Numbered from the stretch's first letter, positions 45,740-58,184 are shown. The stretch is DNA of 64,000 nucleotides from the human T2T-CHM13v2.0 reference genome, Homo sapiens (GCF_009914755.1 NC_060926.1); one strand, 5' to 3'. Numbers and translations are program-made. Notes: generated from the sequence alone by a model not told the origin.

Positions 45740-47590
45740 GTTATCACTAGCTAGTCCAGTATTCTAGACAGCGTATGTGTGTCTGTCTGTCCATCATGCG
45801 TACACACACACACATACACATTTTCAACACTGGTAGAAGGGAATGATTATCCTGTTTCTCCCAAAGACACTTGTTGGGCTTAAGTACCAGTTTCTACTGT
45901 GAGCCCTTTAATTCATGATCATTAGTGATAGTGTGATTAAAATTCTGCAGCTACAATTTTGTGATGACTTATTTGTGCCGGGGACTGTGCTGGGGGCTTC
46001 CCTTGGACTCTCTTATGCTGTCTCACAGCCAAACAGTGAGAAAAGCTCTTCTGTTCTCTCACTTTGCAGTTGGGGAGCTAGGGCTGGGAGCATCACACTT
46101 GTCCAAGGTTATACAGAGATACTGAAGGGCAAAGCCTGGGTCGGTCTCAGTTTGGGTCGCCTGACCCCAGGCCACCACTGCCTTTCTCCCTTTCACAGAT
46201 GTGGATGCTGGACCCAGGAACTCTGACACCCAGTGTGCCCCAGTAGCTCTGCCTGCCAGCAGCAGGGGTGGCTGTCTGCCAATTCCCTTAGGAGTTCCAG
46301 CCCTCCTCCCCGCCCCTCCACACTCAGTGCTCCACTGGCCTTGCTTGATTAGATTCCCCAGCTGGTCTGTTTACTGGGCCTGGCAGAGCTCCTTACCCCC
46401 ATGCCCCCACTCAGTGGTCCTCACAGTCCTGTTTGCAGCAGCCACAGGTAGTCCCTAGGGGTGGGGCAGACTCAGGCTTCAGCTGGAGCCCCTGCCTGCG
46501 GGTGCCTCTTGGCTGTAAGGCACTCTTCCTACCAATATGGCCTTTTCTGTCTCTGTTTAGGAGCCCCTCTCTGAAACCTTAGGTCTGTGTGACCCCAGAG
46601 TCCATTTCTGTTTCACCCCTGGTGACCTCCTTACTGTGCAGAGAATGTGTTCGTTGAAATTCAAAGTAGATAAGAAAGGCTGAAGCTCAGTGTCACCTCC
46701 CTTAGCAGGGGCTCAGTGGCCACAGTGTGAACAGAAGGGGTAGGACAGTTAGGTGGGGCAGGTGTGCAATGAATGGAACTCACCTAGAGCTTTCTGTGCC
46801 CCAGGCATCATGCTGGGTCCTTTATTGCACACATACCTGTGACCTGCTTCCTGTTTGCACCTTGCACAATTGCTGCCTGGTGGGTGTTAGCTGCATTGTG
46901 TTAGGAATGAGGGGAACGGGCTCATGAGGTTTAAGGGGCCTACTCAAGATCATAGAGCAAGTAGGTTGGAATGGAGATTTAAATCAGACTGACTCTGAAG
47001 TCGGAAACCCCCTATTCTGAGCAGCAGTGGCTGGAGAAAGGCCTCCTGAGTCAGTGCCAGGAGGCAGAGCCCAGGGTCTGCTCTGTCCCCAAGCCTGTGT
47101 CTGTGGGCAGGCCACTTAGCCTTGCTGGGGGGTGGTGCTGCCTGATTTATGAGTGGAGGATAACTATAGCCAGCCCATTCCACCCACAGAACTGATGGAG
47201 ACAAAATGAGATTATGTTTTTTCAGAACTTGGCAGCTGCCAGGGGTTGGTGAGGGACCCATTGGGCCTTCCTGAAGAGCCCTGGCTGCCAGTGCTGTCTG
47301 AGTGGATTTTCCCTCTAGTCAGTAGCTCCTGCACATGCAGAAGTTTTTGTTTTAATTTTAGTCACCAGGATATAACTGTCCCTTCAAATGTACTTTGTAA
47401 GCACTATTACCTTGGAGCCACCACGATCATGGGGAGGTTTGTGGGAGTGAATGTCAGGTAGTGGCACAGGAATTCAGATGGGGGTTTGGCCCTGGCTTTG
47501 TCCTTCCTTTCCTCCCTCCCTCCCTTCCTCCCTTCCTTTTCTTCTTCATTCCTCATGCATTTATTGAGCACCTAATATGGGTAAGGAGCT

Positions 47591-47962
47591 TGTATTAGTC
47601 CATTCTCATGCTGCTATAAAGGACTGCCTGAGACTGGGTACTTTATAAAGAAAAGAGGTTTAATTGATCCACAGTTCACATGGCTGAGGAGGCCGCAGGA
47701 AACTTACAATCATGGCGGAAGGGGAAGCAAACACGTCCTTCTTCACATGATGGCAGGAAGGAGAATTGCTGAGCAAAATGGGGAAAAGCCCCTTATAAAA
47801 CCATCAGATCTCATGAGCACCCACTCCTATCATGAGAATAGCATGAGGGTAACTGCCCCCATGATTCAATTACCTCCCACCTGGTCCCTCCCAGGACACA
47901 TGGGGATTATGGGAACTAAATTCAAGATGAGATTTCAGTGGGGACACAGCCAAACCATATCA
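47591..47962 (-). mobile_element. THE1 (THE1C-like) MaLR solo LTR
   Basis: tgtattagtccattctc...ggggacacagccaaaccatatca; 5-bp TSD gagct/tagct. Confidence 0.9.
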
Positions 47963-48109
47963 TAGCTGGGCGAGCCATCGTGAAATGGGTGAAGATGCAA
48001 TTTGCCTAATCCTTGCCATCAAAGTAGAGAACCTGTTTTTGAGTGTCTGCTGCAGGCCAGACTTTGCAAACTTAAGTTCATTTAAGTTTCACCGCTGTCC
48101 TCTGAGATA

Positions 48110-48580
48110 GGTGTCTGTCACTCATGTTCAAAACCTCCAGTGCCTTCCCGTCTCACATAAAGCAAAAGCCACAATGCCCCTCTGCCCCTGGCTCCACCTC
48201 CCCTTCACCAAAGCAATCACCGGGCTGGCCTCTGGGCTGTTCCTCGCTTTCCTTGCTGTCTGGGGGAGGCACCCTCACTGCTCACTCCCACACTCCCTTC
48301 AGGTCACAGCTCACATAGCATCTCATCAAGGAGGTCTTCCAAGACTCCCTAAAACATCAGAACAAGACTCCCCGAACCCCGTCCCACCCAGGATTCACCT
48401 TTTCCTGCACTGCAGTGATAACCAAAGAACAGGCTCTGTGTTTACTTATTTGCTTGCCTGCAGTTTTCCCCAACTCCCCTGACACATGCATCCCCCGCCT
48501 CATGTAAGCACCATGAGAGTAGCGGCTTTGCTCACAGTGGGTTCCCCCTTGCCCAGGCACTCAGGGAGTATCTGTTGAAT
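48110..48580 (+). mobile_element. L2 3' fragment
   Basis: aaaacctccagtgccttccc...ccaggcactcagggagtatctgttgaat. Confidence 0.6.
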
Positions 48581-48780
48581 CACTGTATATCACATGCAGT
48601 TGGCACATTTGTGCTTTGGCATATACATTCTCCTGCCTCATCACAGAGCCCAAGAGGAGAGGCAAATAGAAGGAGATAGTACACACGGTGCATGGATCAG
48701 AGACCTGCACATTGTTAGTTTTCCTAAAATTGATCCCCAAATTCAATTCATTCTCAATCAAAATCGCATCAAGCTATCAC

Positions 48781-49045
48781 TTTTTTTTTTTGAGGCACAG
48801 GGTTTCACTCTGTTGTTTAGGCTGGTGCTCACTGTAACCTTGAACTCCGGGCTCAAGCAGTGTTCTTGCCTCATCCTCCCAAGTAGCTAGGACCACAGGT
48901 ATGCACCACCATGACAAGCTAATTTTTACTTTTTTGTAGAGACGGAATCTTGCTGTGTTGCCCAGACGACTCGTGGCCTCAGGCAATCCTCATGCCCCAA
49001 CCTCCCAAAGCAATGATATTATGGGCATGAGCCACTGCACCCAGC
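48781..49045 (-). mobile_element. AluJ
   Basis: Diverged J-type Alu. Confidence 0.88.
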
Positions 49046-49872
49046 TGCATCAGGCATTTCTATAGAAATTGACAAGCTAATTCTAAAATTTATGTGGCTG
49101 TGCAACGACTTAGAATGGCCAAGGTAAACTTGAATAAGAACAACGTTGGAAGGCCCACCCTACATTTATGTCAGTAATTACTGCACAACTTTAGGAGTTA
49201 AGATAGTGTGGTACCGGCATAACAATAGACAAAGGGTGTGGTGGAATTGGGAAACATGGAGTTAGTTTGTTTAAACAACAGAGGAGTTATATTTTCAAGT
49301 GAAATGCTCAATATATTTCCAGATGAAGGGCCTCTAAATGTAAAGCAATGGCTCCAATTGTTAATCTGATACAGGTTCACTCATTATATATCTAAGTCCA
49401 AAAGTACAGGCAAAAATCATATAATTTTTTTCAGCGTAATAATTGGATCTACCACTTTAAATTTAGATGTCTTTCACCTAAAAAAAAAAAAAAACAAACC
49501 TGAAAGTTGAAGGAAAACACATTGTGCATATTACATGTAAATGTAACTAACATACCTCTTATGAGTGAGTTTATCGCCACTTCAGTCGGGTGGCCAAGGC
49601 TGGCATCCACAGTGACAAGCCATGTTGACAGCATGATGTGATAAGAAGGACACTTTATTTCCTGGGTCTTCCTCTCAAAAACCCGTATTCTGAGCCTGAC
49701 TTTGAGAAAAACATCAGACAAACCCGAACTGAAGAACATTCTACAGATACTCCTCAAAATTGTCAAGGCCTGAGAAACTCGCAGAGCCAAGGGGTGTCTA
49801 AGGAGATGTGCTGACAAAGCGTGCTGGGGTGTCCTGGATAGAGTGCTAGAGTGGAAAACGGACGTTACGTAA

Positions 49873-50280
<408 letters not shown>

Positions 50281-51534
50281 TAATAACAGGAAACTGGGTG
50301 TGGGGATAAGGGAACTTTCTCTACTCTCTTTGCATTTTCTGTAAATCTAAAGTTGTTCTTAAAAATGCGGTTTATTTTTTAATAAGTTTATCTTATGTGT
50401 CTTTCACCCCACAGACATCCTGATTCTGTCCTGCAGAATTGAGACACATAGGATAAATGAAGCTAAATATAGTCCATAAATAATGCATATAAGATCACAC
50501 ACTATTTGATGAAAGTGCTAATGCAATTCAACAGGGAAATAAATGCCTTTTAAACAAACTATTCTGGAGGGATGTCCATATTGGGGGCGTGGTGGGGGTG
50601 GTGGTGAATAATGTCCGAGCCCTATCCAACACTACACATAAAATTTAAGTTGCAATGGACTGTGGATCAAAATGTGAAAGCTAAGTGATGAAGCTTCTAG
50701 AGGAAAACATAGGATAATTCTTCACGACATTGAGGTGGCAAATATATTTTAGAATACAAAAATCGCTAACCATAAAATAAAAGGTTGATAAATTAGACTT
50801 TATCAAAATTTAAAACTGCTCATCAGAAGACACCATCCAAAAAGCACCAAGGCCACCCACAGACTGGGAGAAAATGTTCACCATTCATATTTTCTGACAA
50901 AGTACTTGTACCTGGTAGAGATAAACTTCTATGATCAGTATGATGAAGACTAACAGTCCAATTTTTTTAAGCAGGCAAAAGAATTAGACATCTTACAAAA
51001 GAAGATATCTAAATAGCCAGTGAAAAGTGCTCTGCATCATTAGTCATCAGGGAAATGCAAATCCCAATGAGATATCATAACACACCCACGTAAATTACTA
51101 AAATTAAGAAATATTACATGTTAGAATGGAGCCACTGGAACTCCTTGTACACTACTGGTGCAAATATGAAATTGTACGTTCACTTTGGAAAACAGCCTGG
51201 CAGTTTTTAATAAAGTAAGCATACAGCTACCCCGTGTTCCAAGAATGACACTCCTAGATATATACACCCAAGAGGAACGAGTGCTTATTTCCACAGAGAC
51301 TTCTATATGACTCAACACTGGTGATGTTAATGTTGACCAGTAGGTGAAAGTGGTGTCTGCCAACCTTCTTCCCTGTAAAATGTTTTTCTTTTGTAATTAA
51401 TAAATACCTTGAGAGAGATACTTTGAAACTCTGCAAATATCCTGTTTCTCCCCAAGCTTTTTCACATTAATTTTAGCATCCATCGGTGGATCTTGCCTGC
51501 AACAATGATTACTATGGTATGCCGATGGTGATTT

Positions 51535-51711
51535 TCTTTTCTTTTCTTTTCCCCTCCCCTCCCCTCCCTTCTCCTCTTCTCTTCTCTTCTTTTTCCTTTT
51601 TGTGGAGAACAGTGCCTCACTATATTCCCCAGGCAGGTCTCAAACTCCTGGGTTCAAGCTATCCTTCCCACTCTCCCACCCTAAGGGCTGGGATTACAGG
51701 CATGAAGCATG
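51535..51711 (-). mobile_element. FLAM_A-like monomer with CT-rich tail
   Basis: cactatattccccaggcaggtctcaaactcctgggttcaagctatcc. Confidence 0.75.
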
Positions 51712-51827
51712 AAGCATGATGGTGATTTTCTATTGCCATTGTTCCTTCTACATTTATTAATTGGAATCTTCTGTAAGAGGAAGCTGTCTCCCTCCCTCCT
51801 TCTACCTCCCCATTTGTTTATTTATCT

Positions 51828-52515
51828 GGGGGCTCTTTGTAAAGGTGTGGGTGGAGAGTAGGGAACCAAGAGGGACAGTGTGGTTACCTGAGGTGGGGAA
51901 CGATAAAACAAATAAATAAGACTCATGAGTATTTAGTTTGTGGCACAGGCTATAATCAATACGGTTGTCACTCATTTTGTTGCTCAGGTTGTTCTGGGAA
52001 CCCCTCTCAGCCTCTCCTTTCATCAGGCTCCCATAATTATTGTTACTGTTGATCATGATTTCTTGTGTGGTCAGTTGCTAGGTGCAGATGCCTGGATTTC
52101 AAACTGGGGGGGATGTTACAAAGCTTAAAAAGACTCCGGAGAGTTTGTGTTCTAGGAAAACCCAAGAAACCCAGAACTGGAAGAGCCCCAGAGAGATGAA
52201 TGTTACCGGGCGTGTTCCCTTCTCTCTTCCCTGACGCTCCCCTGTGCAGAGGATCCTGCAGACATGGCTAAAGGAGATGCAGCAGGAGATCAGAGGGTGG
52301 GTGGAGAATGAGAGTGTTTATTCCCTTGGCTCCCTTCTTGTCCCTTCACTGAAGGCCGCCTCCTATGGGACACACTCCTTCCAGGTTTGGGAAGTAATTT
52401 CCCTCTTGTCCCTTCCCCTTACAGGTGTTCACAGCTCTGCCGTTCCCCACCTCAGGTAACCACACTGTCCCTCTTGGTTCCCTACTCCCCACCCACACCT
52501 TTACAAAGAGCCCCC
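51828..52515. repeat. 75-bp inverted repeat (51828-51902 versus 52441-52515; 74/75 identical; 538-nt spacer)
   Basis: Direct reverse-complement comparison; single mismatch at 51855/52488. Confidence 0.97.
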
Positions 52516-52583
52516 CTGTAAGTCAGCACTCCTCAGAGGATCCCACCCGCCTTCTGCTTTCCTGTTGGGACCCTGATTCACAC
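52065..52583 (+). mobile_element. Old ERVL LTR (LTR16/LTR33-like)
   Basis: 3' end ctgctttcctgttgggaccctgattcacaca resembles the ERVL LTR terminus; 5' boundary uncertain. Confidence 0.5.
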
Positions 52584-52989
52584 ACCTCGTGACTGTCTAC
52601 GCCACGTAGGACACATGGTTATCTGGGGTAAAGGCTGTACGGCATCCCTCCATTGTTCACTCTGGGGGTTCATCACCTCAACCATTATGTCTCAGCTCCA
52701 AACAAAATCTCCTCTGCTTTCATTTAAGCTCCTTTTCTGTTTTCTGGCACTCTGTGATCAAAATAAAAAAAAAAATAGATGCTCAAAATCCTTCTCACTG
52801 AAAACTTTATACGGTTGAGAAGAGTCATTGTCACCCCCTAAACTTCTCTGTGATTCCTTTAACCTGACCTCAGAGGACTGCTTTTCTTCCCTTCCATCCT
52901 GTTCCTTGTTTGCCTTCAAGCTGGTTCCAGATCCTATTATTAAGTAAAAGGGTGACTCTAAAACGCAAGGGGGGATGGACACCCACACT

Positions 52990-53440
52990 CAACAGCAGCC
53001 GAGGTGGAAGTAGCCCATGTCCATGGACAGATGAATGGGCAAGCAAAACACTGCGTTTCCGTGCAATGGGATATCACTCGGCCTTAAAAAGGAAGGAGAG
53101 TGTGACCCATGCAGCAACATGGATGAACCCTGAGGACATTATGCTGTGTGAAATAAGCCAAATACTGTCTGGTTGCACTTACATGACAGACCTGGAATAG
53201 TCAAATTTATAGAGACAGAAAGTAGAAGGGCAGTTGCGAAGCCTGGAGTGAGTAGGGAATGGGGACTTCTTGTTGAATGAATAGTTTATGCTTTGCAAGG
53301 GCAAAGAGATCTGGAATGGATGGTGGTGATGGTTGCCTAACAGTATGAATGTGCTTAATGCCACTGAGCTGGGCACTCAGCAGTGGTTAAGATGGTAAAT
53401 TTCTGAGGTGTATTTTATCACAATTTTTTAAGTGAAAAAA
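52990..53440 (+). mobile_element. L1MB-like 3' end
   Basis: gccttaaaaaggaagga; acatggatgaaccctgaggacattatgc; gtggttaagatggtaaattt. Confidence 0.85.
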
Positions 53441-54703
53441 TAACATGGTAGACAACAGAGGTGACAAAATAGTAAAAATATCAGCACGGAGCTTCTGTGA
53501 CAGGTGCAATGGGAACTCAGCTTAGAGGCCCTCTCCTCACACTGGGTGCAGCTCAGCTGAATGGCTTAGTCGGGTCAAGTGAGAGGAACGGGGCAGGGAA
53601 ATGAGAGGGATGCTGAAGAAGAGGAAATGGGTGTAGAGCATCCAGGTTTTATAGATTCAGGAAATGTCTGCGGGATAAACATACAAATCACAGAAGATGT
53701 GGTTGATAAAGAAGAGCTATTAGTCATTTTTAGATGTTTAGTTTATGACTCAGCAACCCTGGTCATCCAAACAGGATCCCAGGAGCTCAGGAGAGTGGAC
53801 TGAGGAGCAGCAGCCAGCCCTCCTGTGGACAAGCTCTGTCCAGGGGCCCCTGGTAAAGAACACAGCGTGGCCGGGTCCTTGCTCATGCCCTGGGGCTTTG
53901 ATCAGCCACCATTCTCCTTGGAAGCACAGGCTTGGGGTAGGGCATCATTCAATGAATTGACATAAAACTTTGAACAGATTCCATCTGGAAAACATTAAGC
54001 ACAGGCCTGTTTGCAGATGTGTTAACGCTGACTCAATTGTAATACAGGCTTTAACTTCTAAGCAGCATTTCTTGCTAGTCCATTGTGGAATATGCCTGCT
54101 GTTGACTGCATGGGCATTATGTGAACAGGGGCTGTGGCTGCAGAATTCATCTTTGCTTTGGCTCAGACCCATGTTTGTGTACGTAGGTGACCAAAATCAC
54201 AAAACTAAATGAGCTCAGAGAAAGATTGATTGGCTCCATTGAAAATTTTTATCTGAAACTTTATATTTCAAGAGTAATTGGTGGTGCATTTGCGAAGTGC
54301 TGGTTTGGGAGTTCCGACTGAAGACCCTGTGTGTTGAGCGTAGAAGCGGGTGGGCAGTGGTGATTCAGCTTCTCCATGGTCCCCACCTTTACCTCGATCA
54401 CACTTTGCCCTCCCAGCCACCGCAGCCTTCAGCCTCCCACTCCCACAGCTGGCATTGGCCTCATGAGTGCCCTGAGAACGGTTCTGCTTGATGTGCTGAC
54501 TTGGGGGGCGCACCCCAGACAGGTGGGGCTCTGGGAAATGTGTGAATGAAGAAAGGAGCCAGGGCTATGCAGCTCTGAGGGGTGGAGGGAACCCAGGCCT
54601 GCGTGTGGTAGGAGAGGAAGCTGGATCTGTGGGCCTGAGAAGCATCAAGCCAGTGGCCTGGGAGAGTAGAGGCTCCGGTGTTGAGGAAGAACATTCCTGG
54701 ATT

Positions 54704-54713
54704 GTTACGTAAT
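54704..54713. promoter_or_regulatory. Perfect PAR-bZIP/NFIL3 D-box GTTACGTAAT
   Basis: Matches RTTACGTAAY. Confidence 0.5.
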
Positions 54714-55007
54714 CTTTCACATCTGTGCACCTTCGCTGTCTCAAGGAGAGTAAACGCCCTAAGGGAGGAACTGCGGATTACACTCCTTTGGGGCTGATTC
54801 TTCCAGGCCACTTGTCAGAGGAGCTTGTGTGGTTTGAATGGACAGATAAACACTCTCCTTTAGGATGTCATAGGCCACTGGGGTCCTGCAAGCAGGAGTG
54901 AACAAGGCCCGCTGTGGTGTCGCTAACGGATCCCAGGCAGGCACTGGGAGGTGCGTGCGACCTAAGGCTTGAGAGGAACAGATGCTGCTTCACTGAGCAG
55001 GTCTGGA

Positions 55008-55326
55008 CAGCACTTCTCAAAGTGTGGTCTGAAGACCCTTGGGGTCCTTGAGGTCAAGACATTTTTTCAAAATATAATTAACTCGTTATTTGCTCCTTTT
55101 AAAAGAGCTCTCCTTGTCTCATGAGTGTACACGACATAATTGTTCTGACTTTTCCAGAAGTTACTTGACATCTGATGACTTCATTGCTCCGATGCCCAAT
55201 GAAATGAGTGCCTGTGCTTTTAAACATTTCTCAGCCTTAACCCACATACACAGAAGTGCTTTGGAGACCTCAGTCCATTTTGAGAGTGTAAAGGGGTGCC
55301 AGGACCAACAAGTTTGAGAACCACTG
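55008..55326 (-). mobile_element. hAT-Charlie element, same family as 15427-15888 in opposite orientation
   Basis: TIRs cagcacttctcaaa...tttgagaaccactg; reverse strand reads cagtggttctcaaacttgttgg...cccctttacactc. Confidence 0.7.
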
Positions 55327-55426
55327 GGCTAAGACCAAAATGACAACAACCTGAAAGACTTTTAAGAAAGATGTAGAAGCAGACAGTAATTATCCATTCT
55401 TTTTAATTTTTTTTTTTTTTTTGCAG

Positions 55427-55480
55427 GAAAAACTGCATAGAAAATCTAATGGATGAAGATGAGAAAGACAGAGCCAAGAG
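55427..55480 (+). other. NPAS2: NPAS2 start-codon exon (54 nt: 22 nt 5'UTR + 32 nt CDS)
   Basis: Acceptor T16-GCAG|G at 55426/55427, TTAAT branch-like motif at about 55403-55407, donor GAG|GTAAGA at 55480/55481. Confidence 0.93.
55449..55480 (+). CDS. NPAS2: NPAS2 first coding segment: MDEDEKDRAK plus the first 2 nt of the R codon (N-terminus leading into the bHLH basic region)
   Basis: ATG GAT GAA GAT GAG AAA GAC AGA GCC AAG AG|gtaaga translates to the known NPAS2 N-terminus MDEDEKDRAKR(ASRNKSEKKRR) and ends at a canonical phase-2 donor. Confidence 0.96.
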
Positions 55481-57292
55481 GTAAGATGCAGCTGTCCCCC
55501 TGCTCAGCAGAGCTCTCTGGCCCCCGGGGGTCTGCCTGGCAGAATCTCGCTGGCTTTCACTCTGTGCAGGTGAGGCCACCAGCAAGATAGGCAGCTGTAG
55601 GACACACTCTCTGTGACATATTGCAGTGCTCCATGAGAAACCTTCTAGAGAGCTCACTCAGCCCTGCCCCTCACTGTGAAATGACACATTGTCTAGGACT
55701 GGCTGAGTGGTCTGGGTTTTTGTCATGCTCCTGTGTACCCCTGTTGACACTGGTCATCTTTCAGGGCTTCTGGTTACTGCTTTTCCAGGACAGACACTGC
55801 TTGACAAGTCAGGCTGACTGGAGCCCAGCAGGCCTGGATTCAAGTCCTAACTCAGTTGCTGGGGCTCTGTCTGGCTTTGGATAATAATAATGATCATTGC
55901 CACACAGTGAGCATGCAGTCATCACCCAGCACTGTGCTAAGCACTTTTGTATACATAGATTAGCTCAGTTTCCTCGGCTGTAGATTGGAGATGTCATAGA
56001 CACCTTGCACTGTGGTTGGGTCAACTAAAAATACTAACTTGGCAGCTGGCATGTGAGAGCCCTGATAACCTGTCTATGTTGATTCCTTCATTGGACATGT
56101 ATTGAATGCCTACTAGATATGCAGTGGAATCATAACAGTGACATTGAGAGGGTCAGGAACAGTTGAATGTCATCAGTTTCACACGATTCACCCAAGTCAG
56201 CAGTTACTGTGCCATGCTCTGGGGAAAAAAACGTGAGCAGGAAGCTCCTCAGTGGCTCACTGCAGGTCATTCGGGTGGAGGCCCAGCCACGAGCCTTGGC
56301 AGCAGGGGACATCCTCTCTGGAGACACTCTTCATTGCAACCCCACTGGACCAGCCTCCTTGCTGTGATCTCACCCCTTTCTGCCTCTGCCACTGCTTGTG
56401 TGTGGCAGGGCTCTCCGTCCTCTGTGACAGCCTCGTGAGCCTGCAGAGCTAAAGGGTTTGCCCACTTCCCTTCACAGAACCCACTGCTTGCTTGTCACCT
56501 GTAAATGGTAGTGCCCTCAGGTACCACCCAGCTCTGTGGCTGCAGGGCAGCTGTCCTTCCATGTCACCTGGAGAGGCAGCCATGAGAACCACAAATCCCT
56601 GGCCACCCCCAGACCTGCCAGACCTGAGTCTGCAAGGCATAAGGGGAGTCTGGGTTGTTTTAAACTCCCCCAATATTTCCTTTAAAAAAATCAGGGAGCA
56701 GAGGAAATGGCCAGAAGTGTAGACAGAACAGCCTTCATCCCAGGATCTGGGAGATCAGCACTGGGGACTCTTAGTACTCTTTACTTTTGCATATGTTTGC
56801 AAATTTCTGCAATAAAAATTCAAACAGGCATCAGTGCAAAGGACTCCCCAGCTTATCCTGAAGTGACAGGCCCTTTACTTGGCATTGGGACCCAGGTGCT
56901 TTGCAAACTGTAGGTCACAACCTACAAGGGTTGCAAAATCCACTTGGGTTCCAAGCAACAAATGAATAGACTAGATTAGACCAGACTAGAGTTCCTTCCT
57001 CTGGGATGTTTTGGTTTCCTCCAGCATAGCTATGGATGGAGCGCTGGAGACAGATGTGAGCTGCATTCCTGGCCTGCCCTGTGCTAGCTGATGAATTCCA
57101 ACTGACCCCTCATCTCTCAAAGCCTCTGTTTTCTCACCTGCAACGTAAGGGTAGTAGTGTCTGTCCTGCTTTCCTCACTGGTTATTTTGGAAATTAGCTA
57201 CAAAATACACTGAGTAGTGCTTTTTAAATATTCATCATTACATGTGTATGAATATGCAGCACACTTTACAGTAATACATTTACAGGGCAATC

Positions 57293-57394
57293 TTTTTTGT
57301 GTGTGATGGAGTCTCACCCTGTTGCCTAGGCTGGAGTGTAGTGGCGCGATCTTGGCTCACTGCAACCTCCCTCTCCCGGGTTCAAGCGCAGGCC
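57293..57394 (-). mobile_element. Short Alu remnant (right-arm 3' part)
   Basis: gatggagtctcacc...gggttcaagcg. Confidence 0.85.
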
Positions 57395-57439
57395 ATTCTT
57401 ATTAGAAATGATGGAAAGAACAGCAGTGGTAGCCAGCAT

Positions 57440-57660
57440 TCGCTGGGTGCCCACAGTACTGAGCTAAGTCCTTTTATGTACGTCATCTCATATTATCTTC
57501 TCAACATTCCTTTGAAGTGTGTATCATTCTTATTCCCATTTTACAGGTGAGAAGACTAAAGTTCAACAAGGTTGAGTACATTGTCAGAGATCAGAAAGCT
57601 CTAGGAAGTGGCAGAATGAGAACTTCAATACAGACTTCTTTAATCTTAGACTCTATTCTT
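57440..57660 (-). mobile_element. MIR
   Basis: tattcccattttacaggtgagaagactaaag. Confidence 0.7.
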
Positions 57661-58182
57661 ATCCCCAGACCACAAGAGGCTTTTCATATAAGACCAAACT
57701 CAATCTACCTGGCCGACTAGACAAAGAGCTGCATTCTGGCATGACTAAGGAGTTCATAGGAGTTTTACTTTTGCTGTTGTCATCTTTAATATCACCCTCC
57801 AAACCCCTTCTAGTCCCATCCCTGCCTCTCTCCTGCACCGCTTACCTCTAAATCAGGAAGAGATAAAAATGCATGTTTAGGCTCTACCATACGCAGAAAT
57901 CAGCAAATATAGACATGCCAAAAAAAATCTGGGCTAAAAGTTCCTAGAAATAAATCAGTTTGTATGCAGTTTCTTTTCATTCATTCCCCTCCCCATTTGC
58001 TTTGGGCCATAAGCATACCTCCCCCACCCAAAAACTTCTCTGCTTGGAAATCTTTGCACAGAGACCTGTGTAGTGAGGCTGGGGCCCACACTCCTCCCTT
58101 GTACTCAGATGGAAAAAGGAGTTTAGAACGTTTGGTGGTACCCAGAAATAGCAAGGACGCAGTACCCCTCCTAACACTTGGG

Positions 58183-58184
<2 letters not shown>

